Shown here: positions 31,701 through 42,910 of the stretch, one piece after another | Layout: every line of letters begins with the position of its first letter | How positions within the stretch are numbered: the stretch's first letter is position 1 | Origin: an uncultured Lachnospiraceae bacterium | Lineage (GTDB): Bacteria; Bacillota; Clostridia; Lachnospirales; Lachnospiraceae | Reading direction: 5' to 3' | DNA length: 64,000 nucleotides | NCBI GenBank assembly: GCA_947175435.1 | Contig: CAMWMS010000001.1 | Coordinates: 2,851-66,850, forward strand | Notes under the pieces: generated by a model | What the model was told of the DNA's origin: nothing | What the model saw: the letters and a program-made list of their open reading frames with translations, nothing else | The model's database searches: none | Made by a program: the position numbers and the translations under genes

Positions 31701-34266
31701 CTGGGCAGCTCTTGGCTGGAACAAAAGCAAATCCGGCTACACCGGGGACATAGCGCAAGGCGCTGAGATAGAGATACCCGAAGATACCCCATTCTATGGC
31801 GTGTATAAAAAGGATGTTACCCTATCCTATGATGCTAATTACAATACATCCGGTGATGGAAACGGTAATTCAGGAAATCCTGCAGGCAGCGGTGACAACG
31901 AAGATGGAAGCTTCCCTGAGGGTGAAACAGCAGCCCTCTATGCCAATGTAAACGAAACTTCAATAACCTATAAAGAGGCAGACTTCATTCTTGCAAAAGC
32001 CCCTGTCCGCATAGGATATGCTTTTGAAGGCTGGAATACCAAGGCAGACGGAACAGGCGACAAATACGAGCCTGAAGCAGCATTTACAGCCCAAAGCGAT
32101 ATAACCCTGTATGCCCAGTGGAGCCGTATTGTGACTGCTACTTTCTATTCCGGTGCAGACAACCATAAAGCGGAAAAAAAGGCGGTAATAAATACAGCAA
32201 CATCAAGCGGAACGATTATAACCCCGCTTTTAATGGGAATGGAAGGCTGGAGCATTGTCGGATGGGATAGGAGCGAGAACGGATACAGCGGAGATATCGC
32301 GCAGGATTCCAGAATTGAAATATCCGTGGATACTTCTTTTTACGGGGTATATAAAAAAGATGCAGAACTATCCTATGATGTGAATTATAGTTTAGGAAAT
32401 GAAAATGAAAGTGGAAATAACGCATCTGACAGCACACAGGCGTCGGATGCTGTTCCAACACCAGACGCTGCCCCTGAGAGCAATATGGGTACCATCTATG
32501 CAAGTATAAACGAGAAAACGATAACTTATAAATATCCCAGCCTAACCCTTGCGCCTGCGCCTTCGCGTGATGGATATGTTTTCACAGGATGGAATACTTC
32601 TCCGGACGGAAACGGCGGTACATACAACGCAGGAACAGTGTTTGAACTCCGCTCTGACACAACGCTTTATGCGCAGTGGGCGCCCGAAACCGCAGCATAC
32701 ACGGTAGAGCATTACCTTCAGGACCTAAGCGGAGCCGGATATACCAGGGAAGAAGCAGACACGGAGAACCTAAGCGGAGCCGTAGGGGAAGTGGTGAATG
32801 CCATGCCAAAAGTCTACCCCGGATTTACGGAAAATACCGTCCATGAATCAAGGAAGGAATCCGGCGTGGTGGTATCAGACGGTACGCTTGTGCTGAGATT
32901 CTATTACGACCGAAATGTATACAATGTAGCCTTTGATCTAAACGGCGGAACGGGAACAGCGCCAAGGGCACAGGAGCTGCGGTACGGCGCATTTTTGCAG
33001 GAAGTAGCAAGACCAGCGAGGCCCGGATATACATTCCTCGGCTGGTACAAGGACGAACTTGGAACGGAAGGGAAAGCATGGGATTTTGGCAAGGCGGTTG
33101 AGGAAAATACGGAAAATAAATCCGAAACACTGTACGCGGGATGGGTGGATGATATCGCGCCTGAACTTATGCAGCCTAGACTTAATGAAGGGTATAAGAG
33201 TTTTCACGACTGGCTTATCCGTAAGAAAGATTTGATAATAACCGTTCCAATAATAGAGGAAGGCAGCGGAGTGAAACAGGCTGATTATGTACTGACTTCG
33301 TTTGAGAGAGCGGATCGGGAAAACGTGACAGAACAGGCGCAGGCAATCACACCTGGGCAGGCGCAGATAACCGAGGAAAACGGAAGAACCGTGGCGAAGA
33401 TTACGATATCCAATGACTTCCGCGGAAGCGTGTCAATGACCTGTAGCGACAATGCCGGAAACATTTCTGCAGGCAAGACGCTCACTGCGCCGGAGGGCGG
33501 CGCGGCATTTATAGTAGAGGACAATGCGCCTAAGATTACGTTCTGGTCAAAAGACGGAAGCCTGTCCGGCAGCTTCTACGGCAATGTGACCGTAAATGTT
33601 TTGGTTAATGACGAAGGAACTTTGGATATTTATGGAACCGCGACAGAAGACGTGAAGGTTACAGGCGGCATAGCCTCCGTAACCTATAGCATAGATAACG
33701 GAGCGGAGACTGCAGTAGAAGGAAAAGGATTTGAGAGCGGGATTGTGCCGTCCTGCGGCTTTTCCGTGGAGATATCCGGAGTGGGCGAACATATACTAAG
33801 GGTAACAGCCACAGACAATGCCGGAAACGAAAGCATGGGCCATACCAGAATCAAGATAGCCCTGAAAACGGCAGAACGGAAAAAGGTAAGAACTGTTATT
33901 AATAATGATCCGTCCACATCTGAGCCAGTGCAGTTCATAGCCTTAGCAGATGCGCCGCAGCCGTTAAAAAACGCCATACCGGTAAGGGACAGGGAGCCGG
34001 AAACCAGAGACAATTCCCATGTGGATGTTTATGCGGCTATCGCAATGGTTACAGGGCTTTTATACCTGCTGTTATACTTCACGACAGACAGAAACGGAAT
34101 GACGGAGGAAGAAAAAGAGCAGCTCATATCCCATCTGGTAAGCTGGGCGAAACGGGGCGGAAAGCTCAGAAGGCGGCTTGCAATAGCGGCAATCTTCATA
34201 TTCCTTGCATATTACCACAGCATAGGCAAGAGCACGGCAATTGTTGGGAAAGAGATATATGGGTAG
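28751..34266 (+). pseudogene. Large cell-surface protein (acidic linker, Pmp-like beta-helix repeats, InlB B-repeats) split by a frameshift near 30626
   Basis: ORFs 28739-30646 and 30574-34266 join in frame if one G is added to GGGG at 30626-30629; GGAI/GGCI-FxGN repeats, repeated GYxFxGWNTKADGTG...LYAQW units, C-terminal TM segments. Confidence 0.8.
30764..30985 (+). repeat. Three ~75-bp intragenic tandem repeats (GGCIxAY...TIxxGxFxGN)
   Basis: GGCGGCTGTATT...TTTTATAGGAAATACGGCAGAC repeated. Confidence 0.8.
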
Positions 34267-34737
34267 TTGAAGGAGTGCTGGCATGCTTTAAAGAAATATA
34301 AGCGATCTGAACGGCAGCACAAACTATTGCGTAATTTGAATTTTTCGTCCTTTGAATTGGCAGTCGATTCTGACTTCATAAGGAAGAATCCGGCAAAGGG
34401 AGCAATGGTGAACATCAGGCAGGATGTCTGGCAGAAAATACCATTGTCAGAGCATGAAATAAAAAGATTGATGGATTTTTGCAGTAATAACGGTACATAT
34501 TCAATCCATGTTCCGTTTCTTATAATCGCAATTGGTGCTTGCTTGCGGTGTGGGGAACCTACAGGGGTGACATGGAGTGATAGATATGAGAAACTGTACT
34601 TGTCAGCGCATATTTTAAGGCATACTGGGAATACCTTACTTGCAACTGGCGGAATGGGCATAAAGGCACTGCAGAACGTTATGGGACATTCAGAGGCAAA
34701 TAATTACAATGAAGGTGTACGACAACAGAAGTTTTGA
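34267..34737 (+). pseudogene. Tyrosine integrase remnant (truncated, internally deleted)
   Basis: IRKNPAKG, GACLRCGE, AHILRHT, LQNVMGHS; the region between the first Arg and HxLR is collapsed and the N-terminus is missing. Confidence 0.75.
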
Positions 34738-34933
34738 GACAACCGAAAAGGAAGTACAGAGAATTGATAATGTAATAAATTTTTAAGCAGGAATCCAGCG
34801 TCAAAATAACGGCGTTGGGTTTTTGTGTGTCAGAAGAAAAATATGTCAATCGTATGTCAAAATGAGAAAAGTAAAAAGTGCAAGTCTTTGAAAATCAATT
34901 TAAATCAACACTTTATAAAATTTTCACACAATT

Positions 34934-34960
34934 TTAGCACTCAACCATTGACAGTGCTAA
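34934..34960 (+). promoter_or_regulatory. CIRCE element (HrcA operator) upstream of clpB
   Basis: TTAGCACTC-N9-CAGTGCTAA, one mismatch to consensus, overlapping a TTGACA. Confidence 0.88.
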
Positions 34961-35101
34961 CAATTCGTTGTATTGTGATAGTGAAAGTAGAACAGATGTG
35001 ACAAAAAATGCCACAAGTCACCGGCAGCGCATATGACAGATCGGGTTGACATAACATTAAACTTTTATCAATGCCATACGCGCCCAGAAAAGGAGGCTGT
35101 T

Positions 35102-37687
35102 ATGAACTTAACAAAATTTACCCAGAAATCCATACAGGCAGTAGAACAGTGTGAGAAACTGGCATATGAATACGGCAATCAGGAGATCGAGCAGGAGCAC
35201 TTGCTTTACAGTCTGCTCACCATCGACGACAGCCTGATCTTGAAATTGATCGAAAAGATGGAAATACAGAAGGAATACTTCGTGAACCGCGTGGAACAGG
35301 GACTGCGCAAACGGGTCAAAGTACAGGGTGGGCAGATTTACATCGGACAGGATCTGAACAAAGTCCTGATTGGCGCTGAGGATGAGGCCAAAGCGCTTGG
35401 CGACGAGTATGTGTCTGTAGAACACTTATTTTTGGCAATGATTAAGCACCCGAATAGAGAAATCAAGGAAATCTTCCGGGAATTTGGCATTACAAGAGAG
35501 CGGTTCCTGCAGGCGTTATCCACGGTACGGGGCAATCAGAGAGTGACTTCGGACAATCCGGAGGCGACCTATGATACCTTGGAGAAGTACGGTCAGGACT
35601 TAGTGGAAAAGGCGAGAAGCCAGAAGCTAGACCCCGTAATCGGCAGAGATAATGAGATTCGTAATGTCATTCGTATCCTGTCCCGCAAGACGAAGAATAA
35701 TCCTGTGCTGATCGGTGAGCCCGGTGTGGGCAAGACTGCGGTGGCGGAAGGGCTGGCACAGCGTATCGTCAGGGGAGATGTACCTGAAGGGCTGAAAGAT
35801 AAGAAGATTTTTGCACTGGATATGGGAGCCCTTGTTGCGGGGGCGAAGTACCGGGGCGAGTTTGAGGAGCGTCTGAAAGCGGTGCTTGATGATGTGAAGA
35901 ACAGCGACGGGCAGATCATTCTTTTTATCGACGAGCTGCACACCATCGTGGGCGCGGGCAAGACGGACGGTGCCATGGATGCGGGCAACATGCTCAAACC
36001 TATGCTTGCGAGAGGCGAGCTGCACTGCATCGGTGCTACGACATTGGACGAATACCGGCAGTATATCGAGAAGGATGCGGCATTGGAGCGGCGTTTCCAG
36101 CCTGTTATGGTGGAGGAGCCGACGGTGGAGGACACCATATCCATTTTGCGTGGACTGAAAGAGCGGTATGAGGTTTTCCATGGCGTGAAGATCATGGATA
36201 ACGCATTGGTCAGCGCGGCGGTGCTGTCTAACCGTTATATTTCCGACAGATTTCTGCCGGATAAAGCGATTGATCTGGTGGATGAGGCGTGCGCGCTGAT
36301 TAAGACAGAGCTAGATTCCATGCCGACGGAGCTGGATGAATTGCAGCGTAAGGTCATGCAATTAGAGATCGAAGAGACGGCTTTGAAAAAAGAGGATGAC
36401 AACTTGAGCAGGGAGCGTCTCGGTAATTTACAGAGAGAGCTGGCGGAGTTAAAAGAAGAATTGAAAAACCGCATGGCACAGTGGGAGAACGAAAAGGCTT
36501 CCGTGGAGAAACTGTCAAAAATCCGTGAGGAGATCGACGAAGTCAACAACCAGATTCAGGTTGCCCAGCGTGACGGCGATTACGAGAAAGCGGCGGAGTT
36601 AAGCTATGGAAAGCTGCCTTCTTTGAAACAGCAGTTGGAGATCGAGGAGGAAAAAGTCAGCAAGGAAGATTTGTCTCTGGTGCATGAGAGCGTTTCCGAC
36701 GAAGAGATCGCGAAGATTATTTCGAGATGGACGGGAATTCCGGTGTCCAAGCTGACGGAGAGCGAGCGGAATAAGACGCTGCACTTAGATGACGAGTTAC
36801 ACAAACGGGTGATCGGGCAGGATGAAGGTGTGACGAAGGTGACGGAAGCCATCATTCGTTCCAAAGCCGGTATCAAAGATCCTACCAAGCCCATCGGTTC
36901 CTTCCTATTCTTAGGGCCTACCGGTGTGGGTAAGACGGAACTGGCAAAAGCGCTGGCGACGTCGCTGTTTGACGATGAGGCGAACATGGTTCGTATCGAT
37001 ATGAGCGAATATATGGAGAAATACTCCGTATCCAGACTGATCGGGGCGCCTCCCGGATATGTGGGGTATGAGGAAGGTGGACAATTGACCGAAGCAGTCA
37101 GAAGAAAACCGTACTCGGTAGTGCTGTTTGACGAGATAGAAAAGGCGCATCCTGACGTGTTCAATGTGCTTTTGCAGGTGCTTGACGATGGACGTATCAC
37201 GGATTCACAGGGCAGAACAGTGGACTTCAAGAACACGATCCTGATCATGACCTCGAATATCGGCGCGAATTATCTGCTGGACGGTATCGACGCACAGGGT
37301 GCGATCACACCGGAGGCGGAGGAGATGGTGATGGGTGATCTGCGGAATCATTTCAGACCGGAGTTCTTGAACAGGCTGGATGAGACGATTCTCTTTAAAC
37401 CGCTCACCAAGGATAACATCGGCGGTATTATCCGTCTGATCGTGGATGATCTGAACAGGCGGCTTGCAGACAAGGAGCTGCAGATCGAGCTGACACCGGA
37501 GGCGGAGCGGTTTATCGTGGAGAACGCTTATGATCCGGTATACGGTGCAAGACCGCTGAAACGGTATATTCAGAAGTATGTAGAGACTCTGTCGGCGAAG
37601 CTGATTTTGGCGGATCAGGTGGAGACGAAGGATACGATTCAGATTGTGCTGCAGGACGGGAAACTGGCGGCGGTGCGGAAGTCATGA
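35102..37687 (+). CDS. clpB: ATP-dependent chaperone ClpB
   Basis: Two AAA+ modules ([16 protein letters not shown]) and a long coiled-coil middle domain; start MNLTKFTQK. Confidence 0.97.
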   Translation: MNLTKFTQKSIQAVEQCEKLAYEYGNQEIEQEHLLYSLLTIDDSLILKLIEKMEIQKEYFVNRVEQGLRKRVKVQGGQIYIGQDLNKVLIGAEDEAKALGDEYVSVEHLFLAMIKHPNREIKEIFREFGITRERFLQALSTVRGNQRVTSDNPEATYDTLEKYGQDLVEKARSQKLDPVIGRDNEIRNVIRILSRKTKNNPVLIGEPGVGKTAVAEGLAQRIVRGDVPEGLKDKKIFALDMGALVAGAKYRGEFEERLKAVLDDVKNSDGQIILFIDELHTIVGAGKTDGAMDAGNMLKPMLARGELHCIGATTLDEYRQYIEKDAALERRFQPVMVEEPTVEDTISILRGLKERYEVFHGVKIMDNALVSAAVLSNRYISDRFLPDKAIDLVDEACALIKTELDSMPTELDELQRKVMQLEIEETALKKEDDNLSRERLGNLQRELAELKEELKNRMAQWENEKASVEKLSKIREEIDEVNNQIQVAQRDGDYEKAAELSYGKLPSLKQQLEIEEEKVSKEDLSLVHESVSDEEIAKIISRWTGIPVSKLTESERNKTLHLDDELHKRVIGQDEGVTKVTEAIIRSKAGIKDPTKPIGSFLFLGPTGVGKTELAKALATSLFDDEANMVRIDMSEYMEKYSVSRLIGAPPGYVGYEEGGQLTEAVRRKPYSVVLFDEIEKAHPDVFNVLLQVLDDGRITDSQGRTVDFKNTILIMTSNIGANYLLDGIDAQGAITPEAEEMVMGDLRNHFRPEFLNRLDETILFKPLTKDNIGGIIRLIVDDLNRRLADKELQIELTPEAERFIVENAYDPVYGARPLKRYIQKYVETLSAKLILADQVETKDTIQIVLQDGKLAAVRKS

Positions 37688-37790
37688 TTAGAAAAGGAAA
37701 TTAGAAAGAGCAATTAGCAAAAAGCAAATAGGAAGAGCAATTAGAAAGAACAATTAACAAAAAGCAATTTAGTAAAATAGTAATTACAGA
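37688..37790. repeat. Degenerate ~13-bp A-rich tandem repeat
   Basis: About seven variants of (GC)AATTAG(C/A)AAA(A/G)A downstream of clpB. Confidence 0.55.
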
Positions 37791-38064
37791 AAAAAGTGAT
37801 TTGGATCGGAAACAGCAGGGCGGCTATGAAAAGTGCTCTGCTGCTTTTGATTGAAGAGTCGGAATATGAATGTTATGCTAAGTATAGCGTGCCCTACGAT
37901 GATTTCCTATGGAGTAATTGAAAGAATGATCAAAAGAGTGGTTGAAGCGGAAAGCAGATTTACATAGTGATGGCAAGATGGTAAACTATAAGCAGAATTT
38001 TATGGTTAAATGGATTAAAATCGGACAAGCACCATAAGTAATAGGATAATAGGAGGAAAATAAC

Positions 38065-39141
38065 ATGCGATATCCTAAATTTTTACAGCAAAACGGTACG
38101 ATAGCTTTCGTGGCGCCATCCTTCGGGTGTGCGACAGAACCATACAAGAGCGGTTTTTTGCGTGCACAGGAGAAATGGCGTGCACAAGGGTTTCAGCTGG
38201 AACTCGGACCGAACTGCTACGTGGAGCAGGGGGTAGGGATCAGTAACACACCGGATCAGTGCGGCGCGGAACTGACCGAATATTACTGCAGGGAGACGAA
38301 TGACTGTATCATATCCTGCGGCGGCGGGGAGCTGATGTGTGAGATCTTAGACTATGTGGATTTTGATAAAATCGGGAAAGCTGCGCCTAAATGGTACATG
38401 GGATATTCGGATAATACGAATATGACATTCCTGTTGACGACGCTGTGCGACACGGCATCCATATACGGACCCTGTGCATCGTCTTATGGCATGGAGCCGC
38501 TGCATCAGTCGCTGGAAGATGCGATGTTGTTATTGCAGGGACGGAAGCTGACCATGCAGGGATATGATATGTGGGAAAGAGAGTCGGTGAAGGACGAGGA
38601 ACAACCCTATGCGCCGTACAATCTTACAGAAACAACTGCTATTAAATATATAATGCCTGACGGCAGGACAAATATTGAGAGCTTGTCTGCTGTGACTGGG
38701 AACAGTGGGACACTCATCAATTTCTCCGGCAGACTTCTTGGTGGCTGTATGGACTGTATGATAAATCTGCTCGGTACAAAGTACGATCAAGTGACTGAAT
38801 TTACGGAAAAGTATAAGGAAGACGGTATCCTCTGGTTTCTGGAGGCGTGCGATCTGAATCTGATGGGGATCAGGCGCGCTATGTGGCAGATGGAGCACGC
38901 CGGATGGTTCAAGCATTGCAGCGGCTTTTTGATTGGAAGACCGCTTAACGGTATGGGCGTGGAGGAGTTCGGAATTGATCATTATCAGGCCGCGTATGAG
39001 ACGCTGCGGAAATATAACGTGCCGGTGATCATGGATGTGGATATTGGACATCTGTCTCCGATGATGCCGTTAATCAGCGGAGCCATGGCGCGCGTTGTCA
39101 GCGACGGGCAGGAGTACCGGGTGGAGATGGAGCTTCGGTAA
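38065..39141 (+). CDS. S66-family LD-carboxypeptidase
   Basis: FVAPS, GYSDNT, GRLLGGC, FLEACD, DIGHL. Confidence 0.9.
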   Translation: MRYPKFLQQNGTIAFVAPSFGCATEPYKSGFLRAQEKWRAQGFQLELGPNCYVEQGVGISNTPDQCGAELTEYYCRETNDCIISCGGGELMCEILDYVDFDKIGKAAPKWYMGYSDNTNMTFLLTTLCDTASIYGPCASSYGMEPLHQSLEDAMLLLQGRKLTMQGYDMWERESVKDEEQPYAPYNLTETTAIKYIMPDGRTNIESLSAVTGNSGTLINFSGRLLGGCMDCMINLLGTKYDQVTEFTEKYKEDGILWFLEACDLNLMGIRRAMWQMEHAGWFKHCSGFLIGRPLNGMGVEEFGIDHYQAAYETLRKYNVPVIMDVDIGHLSPMMPLISGAMARVVSDGQEYRVEMELR

Positions 39142-39163
39142 TATAAGGAAAGGATGGGGTAAG

Positions 39164-39337
39164 ATGATACCGAAAGATCCGGTTATGTTACTCAGCTTTA
39201 TTAATTTGAAGCTGCGTGATTATTATACAAGTTTAGAAGCGTTCTGCGATGATATGGATATAGACCGCAGAGAGATAGAGGATAAACTGTCCGGCATTGA
39301 TTATCATTACGATAAGGAGAAAAATCAGTTTGTCTGA
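39164..39337 (+). CDS. DUF4250-like small protein
   Basis: MIPKDPVMLLSFINLKLRDYY pattern. Confidence 0.8.
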   Translation: MIPKDPVMLLSFINLKLRDYYTSLEAFCDDMDIDRREIEDKLSGIDYHYDKEKNQFV

Positions 39338-41003
39338 GAAAATTAAAATTACAGTCGTTACGGGAAACGAAAAAATAAATACAAAATCGAATATGCGAAA
39401 TAGAGATGCTGTAGTTGTGACGCATGATCCATCAACGACAATCATGTCAACTTTGTTGAAAAATGATCTGATAAACGGCAGTTTTTGCGGCGGAAGAGGA
39501 GATTGCGGACGGTGTAAGATACAGTTTCTGGAAGGAGTGACTATGCCCACCCCGTTGGAAAGAAGTGTGATGGAGCCGGAAGAACTGCGCTGTGGATACC
39601 GCCTTGCATGTCTGGCAAAACCGAAAGACGACTGTGTCATAAAACTGGCGCTCGCGGACGCTGCCAAAATAGAGATTGTATCCGACATGATAGATGTGAC
39701 AGAAAGTGATGACCGAACAAGTCAACTTAATAAACAGACTCAAAACCATAAATCAGATGTTATGAAATCGGCGACGGAAAAAGATCTTATAATAGCGGTA
39801 GATTTGGGTACAACCACCATAGCGATGCAGCTTATGGGTATGGAGGGCGGGCAAGTCATTGATACCTATTGTGAGATGAATCCGCAGAGACGTTACGGTT
39901 CAGATGTGTTATCAAGGATTAAGGCGTCATGTGAAGGGAGTAGGGAGATATTACAGCGGTTAGTAATAGAAGTGCTGGAGCGAGGCGTTTCGCAGTTTGA
40001 ACGATGTCTGTCAAAGAGAACGACGGCAAGTGAAACCGGTATCAGAGCCATGTGTATTGCCGGTAACACCACCATGGAGCATCTGTTTATGGGATACGAC
40101 GTATCGTCGCTGGGACGGAGCCCTTTTACGCCGGTGGAGATCGGATTGCAGGAGTACCGGAATCCGGCATGGGATTTTAAGGTCTGGCTCGTTCCGGGTA
40201 TCAGCACCTTTGTAGGCGGAGATATCGTGGCAGGGCTTTATGCACTGGGGGTGCTTCCCGGAGGAGGTGGAGCACAGAGGGTTAATAACATTAGTGAAGT
40301 GCAGGATAAGAATGAACCTCAGGACAAAAGTGAGGTTCAAAGCCGGGCTGAACTTCAAAATAAAATGCAAGATAAGAACGAGACTCATGCCACAATACTG
40401 ATTGATTTAGGCACGAACGGAGAGATGGCAATTACCGACGGTACACACATGATTGTCACCGCTACCGCGGCAGGTCCGGCTTTTGAGGGCGGCGCCGGTG
40501 CGGGAGTTATAGGAAGTGACATGATTGCCTGTGCGGCTTCTCTTTTAAAGCAGGGAATACTGGATGAGACCGGGCTGCTTGCAGAACCCTATTTTACGGA
40601 AGGGGTTACTGTAGGAGAACCGGCAGTACGGCTCTGTAATAAAGATATACGTGACTTACAGATGGCTAAGGCGGCAGTTCGTGCCGGAATAGAGATTTTA
40701 CGGAGGCAAATGGGCGAGACACAGATCGAGCACATTTATCTTGCGGGCGGATTCGGCTATTATCTTAATGTAGATGCGGCTTTTTCCATCGGACTTCTGC
40801 CGGAGCATATGCGCGGCAGGACCACGGCAGTAGGCAATACGTCGTTAGCAGGAGCTTATATGCTGGGGCGTGATCTGTGGAGAGGAAAGACAAATCAGGC
40901 GGCATTGGAGCGGAGTCTTTCTTCTATAGTAAGCATTAATCTGGCCGAGTGGGAAGAGTTTGAGCGGCTGTATGTGCGGTATATGAATTTTTGCAATGAG
41001 TGA
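39330..41003 (+). CDS. 2Fe-2S/ASKHA-domain protein (DUF4445, corrinoid reductive-activator-like)
   Basis: CGGRGDCGRC...RLAC, VDLGTTT, IDLGTNGE, AAGPAFEG, LAGGFG. Confidence 0.88.
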   Translation: MSEKIKITVVTGNEKINTKSNMRNRDAVVVTHDPSTTIMSTLLKNDLINGSFCGGRGDCGRCKIQFLEGVTMPTPLERSVMEPEELRCGYRLACLAKPKDDCVIKLALADAAKIEIVSDMIDVTESDDRTSQLNKQTQNHKSDVMKSATEKDLIIAVDLGTTTIAMQLMGMEGGQVIDTYCEMNPQRRYGSDVLSRIKASCEGSREILQRLVIEVLERGVSQFERCLSKRTTASETGIRAMCIAGNTTMEHLFMGYDVSSLGRSPFTPVEIGLQEYRNPAWDFKVWLVPGISTFVGGDIVAGLYALGVLPGGGGAQRVNNISEVQDKNEPQDKSEVQSRAELQNKMQDKNETHATILIDLGTNGEMAITDGTHMIVTATAAGPAFEGGAGAGVIGSDMIACAASLLKQGILDETGLLAEPYFTEGVTVGEPAVRLCNKDIRDLQMAKAAVRAGIEILRRQMGETQIEHIYLAGGFGYYLNVDAAFSIGLLPEHMRGRTTAVGNTSLAGAYMLGRDLWRGKTNQAALERSLSSIVSINLAEWEEFERLYVRYMNFCNE

Positions 41004-41007
41004 TAGG

Positions 41008-41023
41008 TTTAAGATTACGTTAA
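41008..41023 (+). repeat. attL core
   Basis: TTTAAGATTACGTTAA, identical to 56482-56497. Confidence 0.9.
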
Positions 41024-41119
41024 AAAGAGGCTTTTTTCTGGTTTACGCTGTGATAAGAAATGCCGGTTTTATGCGGTTTTCAAAGATTACAGTAGTTACT
41101 GATAACATATGTTTTGAAA

Positions 41120-41133
41120 TCTACTAGTGACAA
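41120..41133 (+). repeat. Putative integrase arm-binding site (left)
   Basis: TCTACTAGTGACAA, identical to 56410-56423. Confidence 0.7.
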
Positions 41134-41167
41134 AGTTTAACCACTCCGACGTGGCAGTGTGGAGGGG

Positions 41168-42232
41168 TTAAATCATTTCTATAGCTTCTCTGAGTTCCTC
41201 TATTGTTTTGTGTGTATATGTTCTGGTCGTGATAGTCTTAGAGGCATGTCCGACGAGACGATCTATACAGACCTGATTTGCACCGGCACTATCCAGGAGC
41301 GATATAAAGGTATGGCGGCAGTCATGTGGAGTGTGATATGTAGTGATACCGATAGAGGTCAGGGTTTTTTTAAACAATCTGGTATATGCCTGCGTGCCGA
41401 TTGGAAGATCGTTCAATGCAAACAGTATGCCATTGTTCATGGAAAGCCTGTGCTCAACAAAACCGTGTATCTTTGAGTGTATCGGTACAATGCGGTTTTT
41501 ACTGGCTTCGGTTTTTAATCCTCCTTGGAAGATACCGGCAGCTAAATCTATGTTTTCTGGTGGCATTAGGAGTAATTCAGATATCCGCCAGCCAGAATAT
41601 ATGTAAATCAAGATACTGTCCACCCAAGGCACGTCTGTGTTATTCCATAACAACTGTATTTCATCATGTGTAAAGGGTACTCCCGGCATATCATCTTCTG
41701 ATACTGTAATATTGGCGAATGATGAATAGCCTTTCTTGATGATATCATTCTGTAGGGCAAATTTGTCCATCTGGCTAAAAAGGTTCTTAATATGCTCCTG
41801 TAAGGCATGTGATAGTGGTCCGCCTTTCTTTCCCTCTTGTGAGAGGACGCTTTTAAAATCTGGTGTTCGTAAATCCCTATAAGGTAGATCATAAAGCAGC
41901 GTACAGTAGTTGTAGGCAGATTTAGTACAGTCTTTTGTACTCTGTGAGTAAGTTCGCCCGCTCTCTTCGTATTTGTCTTTGTAGAATAGTTCATACAGGG
42001 CAGAAAACGTTATATTTCGGTCAGATATGCGGTAAGGTTCCTTATTGAAGTCTGCCAGTGCTATCATGGCTGCTTCGCGGGTTTCATAACGCCCCAGAAC
42101 GTCATACACGGGGTAATAGCGCTCATCCATGCGGGTGTTGACCCGGACTTCATAAGGCTGCCGTCTTTTACCGGACAGCTTCACGACGGAACCGTAGCCG
42201 TTTCTGGCTCTCATTGGCTTTCCACGCGGCAT
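41168..42232 (-). CDS. int: Tyrosine recombinase/integrase
   Basis: N-terminal RARNGYGSV arm-binding motif; catalytic residues in SGWRISE, KT, HDCRHT, LVGH, TYTH. Confidence 0.95.
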   Translation of the reverse strand: MPRGKPMRARNGYGSVVKLSGKRRQPYEVRVNTRMDERYYPVYDVLGRYETREAAMIALADFNKEPYRISDRNITFSALYELFYKDKYEESGRTYSQSTKDCTKSAYNYCTLLYDLPYRDLRTPDFKSVLSQEGKKGGPLSHALQEHIKNLFSQMDKFALQNDIIKKGYSSFANITVSEDDMPGVPFTHDEIQLLWNNTDVPWVDSILIYIYSGWRISELLLMPPENIDLAAGIFQGGLKTEASKNRIVPIHSKIHGFVEHRLSMNNGILFALNDLPIGTQAYTRLFKKTLTSIGITTYHTPHDCRHTFISLLDSAGANQVCIDRLVGHASKTITTRTYTHKTIEELREAIEMI

Positions 42233-42339
42233 AGTGTGTTCTCCTCCTAAAAATGAGTATAAAAATAACAGCTAGCAAACTATCTGCTTTTTCTGAGTAG
42301 TTCGCTTGCAAGCTGTTCCCGAAGATGATACACTATATA

Positions 42340-42410
42340 CATGGTTGGATCTCGCATCTTCGGGTGCGTGTATTTTAAAGCCGTTCCTGTTGTCGCAGGG
42401 GCGGTTTTAA
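42340..42410 (+). ncRNA. Putative antisense sRNA to the integrase leader
   Basis: TTGCAA(42306)-17-TACACT(42329) with extended TG, then hairpin AAAGCCGTTCCTG...CAGGGGCGGTTTT; no ORF. Confidence 0.45.
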
Positions 42411-42448
42411 CGTTTGACAGATTTTTGTATATTGGTTATAATATACTT

Positions 42449-42558
42449 AACAAGGAAGCCGATACGATAGTGTACACCTATCCGTTTCCGGCGAAAATAT
42501 TGGTTATAAAAATAGCACCTTTACTTTGCTAGAGCGGGGGTGCTATTTTTTATTTTTC
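42449..42558 (+). ncRNA. Putative type I antitoxin RNA
   Basis: Consensus TTGACA(42414)-17-TATAAT(42437), no credible ORF, terminator AAAAATAGCACC...GGTGCTATTTTT overlapping the 3' end of the toxin ORF. Confidence 0.7.
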
Positions 42559-42626
42559 ATGTTCAGAATGGCTACAATTAGCAGTCCAACAGTAAGCATA
42601 ATCTGTAGTTCCTCATATGTACTCAT
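42543..42626 (-). CDS. 27-aa holin-like type I toxin (not in the ORF track)
   Basis: MSTYEELQIMLTVGLLIVAILNMKNKK: one TM and a basic tail, with a strong AAGGAGG RBS. Confidence 0.8.
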   Translation of the reverse strand: MSTYEELQIMLTVGLLIVAILNMKNKK

Positions 42627-42744
42627 AAAAACGCCTCCTTCCTTTCAAGGCTCGGAATGGAGGTATTCACACCCTATCGGCTCCCTTGGTAAATATATTA
42701 TATTGTCAATGTGCGTTAGGACGAAAATGGATTGCCCTTTCAAT

Positions 42745-42886
42745 ATAAAAAGGTGCAACCAAATGGTCACACCTTTACGGTCATCAAATTACAAGATGGG
42801 CGGCGTATCCATCATCTCAGGTACTCTCGCGAGTGCGTCGGGGGCCTTTCCGACCTTTGCAATTTGATTAACAGTTATTATTATGT
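42745..42886 (-). ncRNA. Structured ~140-nt RNA downstream of the PBECR-like nuclease gene
   Basis: TTGACA(42921-42916)-17-TATAAT(42898-42893); 12-bp closing stem enclosing three hairpins; intrinsic terminator at 42749-42776. Confidence 0.7.
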
Positions 42887-42910
42887 GCCATTATTATATG
42901 TTATACATAT

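Noticed and set aside
31300-33150. Repeated segments in the surface protein as a DGR template/variable pair
   Set aside because: They are ordinary in-frame B-repeat domains, differences are not adenine-specific, and no reverse transcriptase is present in the window.
37688-37790. Periodic A-rich repeats as a CRISPR array or type III antitoxin array
   Set aside because: The units are short and degenerate, have no spacers, and have no adjacent toxin or cas gene.
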